DNA from: a virus
Lineage: Duplodnaviria > Heunggongvirae > Uroviricota > Caudoviricetes
Virus record (IMG/VR): IMGVR_UViG_2660238446_000011
Length of the DNA stretch: 32,846 nt
Strand: one strand, 5' to 3'
The notes under the pieces were generated by a model, which was given only the letters and a program-made list of their open reading frames with translations, had not been told where the DNA came from and searched no databases. Below are positions 15,905-23,898 of this stretch, in pieces (position 1 is the first letter of the stretch; every line of letters begins with the position of its first letter). The position numbers and the translations under genes are program-made.

Positions 15905-16255
15905 ATGACTCAAAACTATGAACTGATTGTGAAAGGGATCCGCAATTTTGAGAATAAAGTTACGGTAACTTTAGCGTTACGGGACAAAAAACGCTTTGCC
16001 GGTGAAATTTTTGACCTGGACATCTCGCTGGACCGTGTTGAAGGTGCCGCGCTGGAGTTTTATGAGGCAGCAGCCAGAAGGAGCATCAGACAGGTCTTCC
16101 TGGATGTTGCTGCCGGGTTATGTGAAGGGGATGAGCAGTCGCCGGAAAAGCGCCCCGTAATTTTAGAGGCGCAGAATGTATGGATAACCTACAAAGGAAA
16201 GCTACCGGGAAGAATTACTGGTTCTCTGAAGACTCCTCCGGAATCACAACCTTAA
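15905..16255 (+). CDS. hypothetical protein (116 aa) between holin and endolysin
   Basis: ORF packed inside the lysis cassette; no family recognised. Confidence 0.5.
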   Translation: MTQNYELIVKGIRNFENKVTVTLALRDKKRFAGEIFDLDISLDRVEGAALEFYEAAARRSIRQVFLDVAAGLCEGDEQSPEKRPVILEAQNVWITYKGKLPGRITGSLKTPPESQP

Positions 16256-16318
16256 GTCACTGACCGGAACAGATAAACCTGTCCGTGGGCAGAAACCGAT
16301 AAATCCTGATAAATATCC

Positions 16319-16852
16319 ATGAACGCAAAAATCAGATACGGCCTGTCGGCTGCCGTTCTGGCACTGATTGCCGTCGGTGCGCCCGCGCCTGATATTCTCG
16401 ACCAGTTTCTGGATGAAAAAGAAGGTAACCACACAACGGCATACCGCGATGGGTCCGGCATCTGGACCATCTGTCGGGGTGCCACGATGGTGGATGGAAA
16501 ACCCGTTTTTCCCGGTATGAAACTGTCGAAGGAAAAATGCGACCAGGTCAACGCCATTGAGCGTGATAAGGCGCTGACATGGGTGGAGCGCAATATTAAA
16601 GTACCACTGACTGAACCACAGAAAGCGGGTATCGCCTCATTTTGTCCCTATAACATTGGCCCAGGTAAGTGTTTTCCGTCGACATTTTATAAGCGGCTGA
16701 ATGCTGGTGATCGAAAAGGCGCCTGCGAGGCGATTCGCTGGTGGATTAAGGATGGTGGCAGAGACTGCCGTATTCGTTCCAATAGCTGCTTTGGGCAAGT
16801 TTCGCGTCGGGACCAAGAAAGTGTGCTGGCGTGCTGGGGGATAGACCAGTGA
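16319..16852 (+). CDS. SAR endolysin (T4-lysozyme-type muramidase with N-terminal signal-anchor-release domain)
   Basis: N-terminal Gly/Ala-rich weakly hydrophobic segment ([16 protein letters not shown]) followed by an E...D...T catalytic region ([20 protein letters not shown]); pairs with a pinholin as in phage 21. Confidence 0.85.
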   Translation: MNAKIRYGLSAAVLALIAVGAPAPDILDQFLDEKEGNHTTAYRDGSGIWTICRGATMVDGKPVFPGMKLSKEKCDQVNAIERDKALTWVERNIKVPLTEPQKAGIASFCPYNIGPGKCFPSTFYKRLNAGDRKGACEAIRWWIKDGGRDCRIRSNSCFGQVSRRDQESVLACWGIDQ

Positions 16853-16857
16853 ATAAC

Positions 16858-17370
16858 ATGTTTGCTAATGCTTGGTTGAAAGTTGCCACGGTTTCGGCTC
16901 TCCTCATTGCCTCATTTGTTGCAGGGAGTGTGTGGACGGAACGAGCATGGGAAAAGAAATGGGCGGATCGTAATAGTGAAGAATCCTCTCAGGCTGTGAA
17001 CGCTCAGATAGCTGCTCGTATGATTGAACAAGGGCGAGTGATCGCTCGTGATGAGGCTGTTAAAAATGCACAAGAACAGGCTGCAAAAGCGGCTGCGAAT
17101 GTTGCTGGCCTGTCTGCCACTGTTAACCAGCTGCGCACCGAAGCAACAAAACTTACCGTCCGCTTGGACGCTGCAAAGCACACCTCAGGTCTTGCCGTTG
17201 CCGTCGGAAGCAAAACAACCGCCACCAACGCCGCGATGCTTGCCGACATGCTCGGAAGTATTGCAGAAGAAGCTAGATACTATGCTGGGCGAGCTGATGA
17301 AAGTTACTTGGCTGGAATGACATGTGAACACATTTACGGCTCAGTGAGGGACTCAAGTAGTGTTAAATAG
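16858..17370 (+). CDS. Rz-like inner-membrane spanin (i-spanin)
   Basis: N-terminal TM segment ([18 protein letters not shown]) followed by an Ala/Gln-rich coiled-coil-like region; Rz1 reading frame embedded; track start 16831 overlaps the endolysin. Confidence 0.75.
   Translation: MFANAWLKVATVSALLIASFVAGSVWTERAWEKKWADRNSEESSQAVNAQIAARMIEQGRVIARDEAVKNAQEQAAKAAANVAGLSATVNQLRTEATKLTVRLDAAKHTSGLAVAVGSKTTATNAAMLADMLGSIAEEARYYAGRADESYLAGMTCEHIYGSVRDSSSVK
17066..17320 (+). CDS. Rz1-like outer-membrane lipoprotein spanin (o-spanin), embedded in the +1 frame of Rz
   Basis: Basic n-region, hydrophobic core and lipobox LLTSC, then a proline-rich mature region ([12 protein letters not shown]...[10 protein letters not shown]); entirely inside the Rz gene. 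Confidence 0.7.
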   Translation: MHKNRLQKRLRMLLACLPLLTSCAPKQQNLPSAWTLQSTPQVLPLPSEAKQPPPTPRCLPTCSEVLQKKLDTMLGELMKVTWLE

Positions 17371-17558
17371 CTGGTATGATGATGTTGAGAAGGCGGCACA
17401 GCAGGAGCTGTAATCGACGAGTGCTAATCTAGCACAATTGAGTTCACAAATTGTCTACTTTTGCTATATTGCAACCGATGCCAACAGCCTTTTTTGAGCA
17501 AAAATCATAAATGCTATCGTGTTGGCAGTTTTTTTCTTTGACGACACGGAATGATTTT

Positions 17559-17981
17559 ATGTCAGAAGTAGCTGTTGAACTTGAAGAGGATTCTTGGCCT
17601 GACTTTTTCCCGGTTGGAGTACCGCCGAAATCAGCCGTCCCTGCTGAGGGCGAGTTTTTCCGTTTGGTAAGGTCTAATCCACCAACCCCTGCATGTTTCC
17701 TCTCTACACATGAAGAGTATCCGCAGCGGCACAAAAAGTATCGTGGGGAAGCACTTCAGTGTGTCTATGGAACATCATTCTTTTCAGAATCGCGCGGGGC
17801 TACGGATGCAAAAGCTAAATTTCCTGCAGCTCTTGGTCATCGACTCGTTGCTAGTGGTCAGGTCACCCCCGTTTTCGGAGTAATGAAAAAAACATTTGCC
17901 GATCCAGCGCACTACACAATTTGGCTTAAGCGTAATTGTGCTATTCATGAACATTTTCACTGTATAGGAGAAGGCGTATGA
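17559..17981 (+). CDS. hypothetical protein (about 140 aa) with C-terminal Cys/His cluster; first gene of a two-gene cargo module
   Basis: Start at MSEVAVELEED (track ORF begins at 17511); C-terminal CAIHEHFHC cluster; stop overlaps the next start (ATGA). Confidence 0.55.
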   Translation: MSEVAVELEEDSWPDFFPVGVPPKSAVPAEGEFFRLVRSNPPTPACFLSTHEEYPQRHKKYRGEALQCVYGTSFFSESRGATDAKAKFPAALGHRLVASGQVTPVFGVMKKTFADPAHYTIWLKRNCAIHEHFHCIGEGV

Positions 17982-19270
17982 GTAACGTTTTTCTACCTAA
18001 TACAATGATGGGCACTCTATGTTACAAAAGAGTTTATGAGTTCTTCGAAGAGCCTCGCTTCTTTTCAGTTGAAAATGAAGTTAGTACACTTTTTATCGTT
18101 TACTGGATTGGTGAGGATGATGAATGTGATAGTTGGTTTATCATACCAATTTCTCCAGGGCGATTAGAGTTGATTGAAAGAAAAAGAATATGTATCCGTG
18201 ATGCTTTGATTAATCAGGAGCAAAACTTTTTCTATGAAGCCCATATACCATACGATCGTACAGGCAAAGTGACTTGGCTGAGTAAAAACTTGGTTGATAT
18301 ATTTGAAATACCTTTGCCTGTTTCTGAACTATATATAAGTTCGGTAGTTCCAGTAATGCCAAATGGTAAACTAGGCGAGGCTATTACTTACTCAACTCAT
18401 GAGATCCATTTAGAAAAAAGCTCAAAGAAAAGTGCAAAAAATTTGGTTTTAAGTCATGTGTCAAACGTATGCGACAGATTCAGCGATCTTTATGACAGAA
18501 TGCTGGAGATGGCAAAGTGCAAAGATAAATTACGTCCTGTCGATGCGCGGCCTGGTTCCTTTATCATTTCTTTTAAAGCTGAGAAATTACATTCCTTTGA
18601 AGACACTTTTAAAGAATTAAGCAGGCTGATAGAACTTAGAGCTGATATTATTCCTTTTGTTTTCGAAAAGGGTATTGATGTTCCAGCTTTGACAGATCTC
18701 TTACAATCCATAGTTGAAACCGGAACGAATATGGAACTCAAAAGCAACCAGACAGGTGAATTAGCTTTTGTTATTACAAAAGCTGGTGCTGAGTTCTATT
18801 TAAAAAAATTATCACGTCTTTCTACCTCATTGGTTGGAGGGCATCAAATACCTCAAGCAGATGTCCTCGAGACAGTTTATAAATTAGTGGAAATTGTTTG
18901 GAGTGGCGAACCACTTACTCCTATTAATACTGGTTTGCAAGATAGACATATCTACTATTATAAGCATGCAGCTAAAGTTTTGGGATTACTTGATAGCTTT
19001 GGTAATGTCACAACGTCTGGTCAACAACTCGTACAAAGTGATGAGATGACTAGACATAAAATTGCAGCGAGAAAATTTGAAGTGAGTCATGTGGGATGGG
19101 CTTGGATAAATTGGGCCAGTGTTGAACATTTATCCCAAATTGATCCTGACAGCGCTTTAGACTTCCTATTGGAGCAATGCCACTCTTTAAGTCGTGATAC
19201 TATTGAACGACGTGCTACAACTATTAAACACTGGTGCCGTGAATTGAAAAATTATTATACACCTCTGTAA
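17978..19270 (+). CDS. hypothetical protein (430 aa), unknown function; second gene of the cargo module
   Basis: Long ORF that appears AT-rich by eye; translationally coupled to the upstream ORF; followed by an intrinsic terminator; no recognised catalytic motif, but two R-x(5-6)-H patterns near the C-terminus (RKFEVSH, RRATTIKH). Confidence 0.65.
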   Translation: MSNVFLPNTMMGTLCYKRVYEFFEEPRFFSVENEVSTLFIVYWIGEDDECDSWFIIPISPGRLELIERKRICIRDALINQEQNFFYEAHIPYDRTGKVTWLSKNLVDIFEIPLPVSELYISSVVPVMPNGKLGEAITYSTHEIHLEKSSKKSAKNLVLSHVSNVCDRFSDLYDRMLEMAKCKDKLRPVDARPGSFIISFKAEKLHSFEDTFKELSRLIELRADIIPFVFEKGIDVPALTDLLQSIVETGTNMELKSNQTGELAFVITKAGAEFYLKKLSRLSTSLVGGHQIPQADVLETVYKLVEIVWSGEPLTPINTGLQDRHIYYYKHAAKVLGLLDSFGNVTTSGQQLVQSDEMTRHKIAARKFEVSHVGWAWINWASVEHLSQIDPDSALDFLLEQCHSLSRDTIERRATTIKHWCRELKNYYTPL

Positions 19271-19296
19271 AGGATAATTTTCGTAGTTAACAATGA

Positions 19297-19324
19297 ACCA
19301 CTGACGTCTGTCGGTGGTTTTTTA
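19297..19324 (+). terminator. intrinsic terminator after the cargo module (ACCACTGAC-gtct-GTCGGTGGT then TTTTTT)
   Basis: Hairpin with one mismatch followed by a T-run, seen in sequence. Confidence 0.6.
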
Positions 19325-19329
19325 ATAGA

Positions 19330-19574
19330 TAATTTCCCACTTATCCACTTGATTTTTGATGGGTCCTCCAAGTGGGGGGCCTGCCACGGGGCGGGAGCGT
19401 CGCGGAAAAAGGCTAGTTTTTGCATTTTTATCGGCCACCATCATCTTTGCATCTTATTGATTATTAATGGTTATTTGTTTTTTGTATGTCGAATTGAGCG
19501 GTTTTTGTTCGACATCGAACGCGTTTTCTTAAAGTTGTTCGCACGATGCATGTTTAAAGCTCTCCGGAGGAAAT
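19330..19574. other. probable cos / packaging-initiation region upstream of the terminase small subunit
   Basis: Short GC-rich island GGGTCCTCCAAGTGGGGGGCCTGCCACGGGGCGGGAGCGTCGCGG (partly resembles lambda cosN GGGCGGCGACCT as recalled) flanked by AT-rich tracts, directly 5' of the Nu1-like gene. Confidence 0.35.
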
Positions 19575-20066
19575 ATGGATCATGAGTTGAAAAACTTGGT
19601 GCTGAATATTAATCAACTGGCGGCTTTATCTGGTCTGCACCGCCAGACTGTCGTGGCAAGACTGAAAAACATTCGTCCCGCTGGTGGACATGACAAACTC
19701 AAGCTATATCGGTTGACCGATATTCTGACTGAATTTATGGGGTTACCACCGCCGGTTGCTGAGGGCGAAATGGATCCACATGAACGCAAAGCCTGGTATC
19801 AGTCTGAACGTGAGCGTCTTAAGTTCGAACAGGAAACGGCACAACTCATTCCGGCCAGTGATGTCAGACGGGAGTTTGCCATCTGGGCAAAAGCGGTCGT
19901 GCAGGTGCTGGAGACATTACCGGATATTCTGGAACGTGACTGCGGCCTGCAGCCTGCCGCTGTGAGCCGTGTTCAGTCCATTATTGATGATCTGCGCGAT
20001 CAGATAGCCCTGCGGGTGACCGAAGCAGGTGCGGATGATGAGGAGGAATTACAGCAGGAGGAGTAA
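19575..20066 (+). CDS. terminase small subunit (Nu1-like, N-terminal HTH)
   Basis: Position immediately before the large terminase; N-terminal HTH-like LNINQLAALSGLHRQTVVARL; acidic C-terminus. Confidence 0.8.
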   Translation: MDHELKNLVLNINQLAALSGLHRQTVVARLKNIRPAGGHDKLKLYRLTDILTEFMGLPPPVAEGEMDPHERKAWYQSERERLKFEQETAQLIPASDVRREFAIWAKAVVQVLETLPDILERDCGLQPAAVSRVQSIIDDLRDQIALRVTEAGADDEEELQQEE

Positions 20067-22168
20067 TGCTGAATCAGGAAACCGCAAAGGCAGCACGAAC
20101 CGATTCAGGTTATATCCTTCGCGCACCGAGACGAATGCTGGTTGCTGATGCCGTTGCTCAGTATATGCGGGTGCCCATGGGGGCCGGGAATTCAGTCCCG
20201 TGGGATCCGCTGGTGGCACCGTATGTTATTGAGCCGATGAACTGCCTGGCCTCGCGTGAATACGACGCAGTGATATTTGTTGGCCCGGCACGAACTGGCA
20301 AGACTATCGGCCTGATTGACGGCTGGGTGATTTACAATGTGATTTGCGATCCTGCTGATATGCTGATCATTCAGATGACGGAGGAAAAAGCCCGCGAACA
20401 CTCCAAAAAACGACTTGCCAGAACGTTTCGCGTCAGCCCGGAAGTGGTCAGTCGCCTGAGTCCGAACAAAAATGACAACAACGTTTATGACAGAACATTC
20501 CTTGCTGGCAACTACCTGAAAATCGGCTGGCCGTCAGTCAATATCATGTCCTCATCAGATTATAAATGCGTGGCGCTGACGGATTATGACCGTTTTCCGG
20601 AAGATATTGATGGCGAGGGGGATGCCTTCTCTCTTGCCTCAAAACGTACCACCACATTTATGTCCAGTGGTATGACGCTGGTGGAGAGTTCCCCCGGCAG
20701 GGATGTGAAGGATGTGAAATGGCGACGGACTTCACCGCATGAGGCTCCACCAACCACGGGGATACTGTCGCTCTATAACCGTGGCGATCGCCGTCGCTGG
20801 TACTGGCCCTGTCCACACTGTGGTGAGTATTTTCAGCCCTGCGGCGATGTGGTTGCTGGTTTCCGTGATATTGCCGATCCCGTGCTGGCAAGTGAGGCGG
20901 CTTATATTCAGTGTCCTTCCTGTTCAGGACGGATTATGCCTGAACAAAAACGTGAGCTGAACGGACGTGGGGTCTGGTTGCGGGATGGTGAATCCATCAA
21001 TGCGGATGGCAGTCGTTATGGTGATCCCCGACGCTCACGTATTGCGTCATTCTGGATGGAGGGTCCGGCAGCTGCTTACCAGACACTCTCGCAACTCGTT
21101 TACAAACTGCTTACTGCAGAACAGGAATACGAGACAACCGGAAGTGAAGAAACACTCAAGACGGTTATCAATACCGACTGGGGATTACCTTATCTTCCCC
21201 GTGCCAGCATGGAGCAACGAAAAAGTGAACTGCTTGAGCAGCGGGCAGAGCCAGTTCCTTCCCGCAGTGTGCCGGATGGCGTTAATTTCCTGGTGGCGAC
21301 AGTTGATGTGCAGGCGGGACGTCATCGCCGTTTTGTGGTTCAGGTAACGGGCTATGGCAGCCGTGGCGAACGCTGGATTATTGATCGTTACAACATCACG
21401 CAGTCATTGCGCGGTGACAGCGACGGGGAGAGCCAGCGAATTGATCCGGCCAGCTATCCGGAAGACTGGGATGTCCTGCTGACGGATGTTTTTCATAAAA
21501 GCTGGCCGCTGGCCTCCGATCCTTCTCAACAAATGCGACTGATGGCAATGGCGGTGGACTCCGGCGGTGAAGACGGGGTCACTGATAATGCCTATAAATT
21601 CTGGCGTCGTTGCCGTCGTGATGGCCTTGGTAAACGTATTTACCTGTTTAAGGGCGACAGCATCCGGCGCGCAAAACTGATCACCCGTACATTCCCTGAT
21701 AACACCGGACGAACGGGCCGACGGGCGCAGGCCGCAGGTGATGTGCCGCTCTGGCTTCTTCAGACGGATGCACTGAAAGACCGGGTGAATAACGCGTTAT
21801 GGCGTGACTCGCCAGGTCCCGGCTATGTGCATTTCCCTGACTGGCTGGGGAGCTGGTTTTACGACGAACTGACGTATGAAGAGCGGAGCAGTGACGGGAA
21901 ATGGAGTAAGCCGGGTCGCGGTGCCAACGAAGCTTTTGACCTGATGGTGTATGCCGAGGCTCTGGTCATTCTGCATGGATACGAAAAGATCCGCTGGCCG
22001 GATGCACCGGAGTGGGCGAGCCGGGAAACCTGGCTGGAGTGTGTCCAGGACAGTACCGAACCGTCATCCTCACCGGAACCGGTATCCACGCCTGTTAAAA
22101 AACAAAAACGGAAGAAAACAGTAACTGATGATGTTAACCCCTGGCTGACTTCCGGAGGATGGTTATGA
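20066..22168 (+). CDS. terminase large subunit (lambda gpA-like)
   Basis: 700 aa; WYWPCPHCGEYFQPCGD parallels the lambda gpA segment ACPHCGEEQYLKFGD as recalled; followed by W-like and portal genes. Confidence 0.9.
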   Translation: MLNQETAKAARTDSGYILRAPRRMLVADAVAQYMRVPMGAGNSVPWDPLVAPYVIEPMNCLASREYDAVIFVGPARTGKTIGLIDGWVIYNVICDPADMLIIQMTEEKAREHSKKRLARTFRVSPEVVSRLSPNKNDNNVYDRTFLAGNYLKIGWPSVNIMSSSDYKCVALTDYDRFPEDIDGEGDAFSLASKRTTTFMSSGMTLVESSPGRDVKDVKWRRTSPHEAPPTTGILSLYNRGDRRRWYWPCPHCGEYFQPCGDVVAGFRDIADPVLASEAAYIQCPSCSGRIMPEQKRELNGRGVWLRDGESINADGSRYGDPRRSRIASFWMEGPAAAYQTLSQLVYKLLTAEQEYETTGSEETLKTVINTDWGLPYLPRASMEQRKSELLEQRAEPVPSRSVPDGVNFLVATVDVQAGRHRRFVVQVTGYGSRGERWIIDRYNITQSLRGDSDGESQRIDPASYPEDWDVLLTDVFHKSWPLASDPSQQMRLMAMAVDSGGEDGVTDNAYKFWRRCRRDGLGKRIYLFKGDSIRRAKLITRTFPDNTGRTGRRAQAAGDVPLWLLQTDALKDRVNNALWRDSPGPGYVHFPDWLGSWFYDELTYEERSSDGKWSKPGRGANEAFDLMVYAEALVILHGYEKIRWPDAPEWASRETWLECVQDSTEPSSSPEPVSTPVKKQKRKKTVTDDVNPWLTSGGWL

Positions 22169-22377
22169 ACCAGAATGATATCGAAGCCATGATTCAGCGT
22201 TATATGGAAGCTGAAATGGCGGTGCTGGACGGAAAATCCGTCACCTTTAATGGTCAGCAGATGACCATGGAAAACTTATCTGAGATCCGGCAGGGACGGC
22301 AGGAGTGGGAGCGCCGCCTTGCGGCTCTGATTACACGACGACGGGGGCATCCCGGGTACCGGCTGGCGAGGTTCTGA
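22159..22377 (+). CDS. W: head-tail joining protein (lambda gpW-like)
   Basis: About 70-aa ORF between terminase and portal, ending ...RRRGHPGY similar to the gpW C-terminus as recalled. Confidence 0.7.
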   Translation: MVMNQNDIEAMIQRYMEAEMAVLDGKSVTFNGQQMTMENLSEIRQGRQEWERRLAALITRRRGHPGYRLARF

Positions 22378-23885
22378 TGGCAATTCTTGATGATGTGATT
22401 GGCGTTTTTTCACCTGGATGGAAAGCGGCAAGGCTGCGTTCCCGTGCGGTGATCCAGGCTTATGAAGCCGTAAAAACGACGCGGACACACAAAGCCCGAC
22501 GGGAGAACCGAACTGCCGACCAGCTAAGCCAGTACGGGGCCGTGTCGTTACGTGAGCAGGCCCGTTACCTTGATAACAACCACGATCTGGTTATTGGTGT
22601 ATTTGACAAGCTGGAAGAACGGGTGGTGGGGAAAAACGGGATTATTGTCGAGCCACATCCGGTATTACGCAATGGGGCCATTGCCCGTGATCTGGCAGCG
22701 GAGATTCGCACCCGATGGAGTGAATGGTCTGTCAGCCCGGAAGTCACCGGGCAGTTTACCCGTCCGATGCTGGAACGTCTGATGCTGCGTACCTGGCTGC
22801 GCGATGGTGAGGTGTTTGCCCAGATGGTTTCCGGGCGCATAAACAGCCTGACGCCTTCTGCCGGTGTTCATTTCTGGCTGGAGGCGCTCGAGCCAGACTT
22901 TATTCCCATGACCAGTGATGAGAGCAACAGGCTGAATCAGGGCGTGTTTGTTGATGACTGGGGGCGTCCCGAAAAATATCTGGTGTATAAAAGCCGTCCC
23001 GTATCCGGACGGCAGATGGAAACCAAAGAAGTGGATGCAGAGCGAATGCTGCATCTTAAATTTGTTCGCCGTCTGCACCAGATGCGCGGGACGTCTTTGT
23101 TGTCCGGTGTGCTGATCCGCCTCAGTGCCCTGAAAGATTATGAAGATTATGAGCTGACTGCAGCAAGGATCGCCGCTGCTCTGGGGATGTACATCCGCAA
23201 AGGCGACGGGCAGAGCTATGAACCGGATGGTAATGGCAGCAAGGATAAGGAACGCGAGCTTACCATTCAGCCAGGCATTATTTACGACGATCTGAAACCC
23301 GGCGAAGAAATCGGAATGGTGAAGTCGGATCGCCCCAATCCTAACCTTGAAACTTTTCGTAATGGTCAGTTACGTGCCGTGGCGGCGGGCAGTCGTCTGA
23401 GTTTTTCCAGTACAGCGCGCAACTATAACGGCACTTACAGCGCCCAGCGTCAGGAGCTGGTTGAATCCACTGATGGCTACCTGATCCTGCAGGACTGGTT
23501 TATTGGTGCTGTCACCCGCCCGATGTATCGTGCCTGGCTGAAACAGGCTGTGGCATCCGGTGTTATCAGGCTACCCCGCGATCTTGACCGTTCTTCACTG
23601 TATACCGCGGTGTATTCCGGACCGGTGATGCCGTGGATTGACCCTGTTAAGGAGGCTGAGGCCTGGAAAATCCAGATTCGTGGTGGAGCGGCGACAGAAT
23701 CAGACTGGGTACGTGCTGGTGGTCGTAATCCGGATGATGTCAAACGTCGGCGCAAGGCCGAAATTGATGAAAACCGCAAACTGGATCTGGTATTTGATAC
23801 CGATCCGGCCAGTGATAAAGGAGGCAGCAGTGCCGCAACGAAACGACAGGAGCCGCAGCACACCGACGACCAGTCCGAAGAATAA
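22377..23885 (+). CDS. portal protein (lambda gpB-like), start at MAILDDVIG
   Basis: About 500 aa between W and the protease/capsid gene; ATG overlaps the W stop (TGATG); track ORF 22305 extends upstream through the W gene. Confidence 0.8.
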   Translation: MAILDDVIGVFSPGWKAARLRSRAVIQAYEAVKTTRTHKARRENRTADQLSQYGAVSLREQARYLDNNHDLVIGVFDKLEERVVGKNGIIVEPHPVLRNGAIARDLAAEIRTRWSEWSVSPEVTGQFTRPMLERLMLRTWLRDGEVFAQMVSGRINSLTPSAGVHFWLEALEPDFIPMTSDESNRLNQGVFVDDWGRPEKYLVYKSRPVSGRQMETKEVDAERMLHLKFVRRLHQMRGTSLLSGVLIRLSALKDYEDYELTAARIAAALGMYIRKGDGQSYEPDGNGSKDKERELTIQPGIIYDDLKPGEEIGMVKSDRPNPNLETFRNGQLRAVAAGSRLSFSSTARNYNGTYSAQRQELVESTDGYLILQDWFIGAVTRPMYRAWLKQAVASGVIRLPRDLDRSSLYTAVYSGPVMPWIDPVKEAEAWKIQIRGGAATESDWVRAGGRNPDDVKRRRKAEIDENRKLDLVFDTDPASDKGGSSAATKRQEPQHTDDQSEE

Positions 23886-23898
23886 TTCCTGGTTCAGG

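Noticed and set aside
17430-17470. Sigma-70 promoter for the cargo module (TTCACA ... TATATT)
   Set aside because: Spacer lengths for candidate -35/-10 pairs are 15 or 21 nt, not the canonical 16 to 18; an independent promoter is likely but not supportable at base resolution.
19349-19585. 78-aa ORF upstream of the terminase small subunit
   Set aside because: Spans the GC-rich/AT-rich putative cos region, has an implausible Cys/Phe-rich composition and no RBS; likely spurious.
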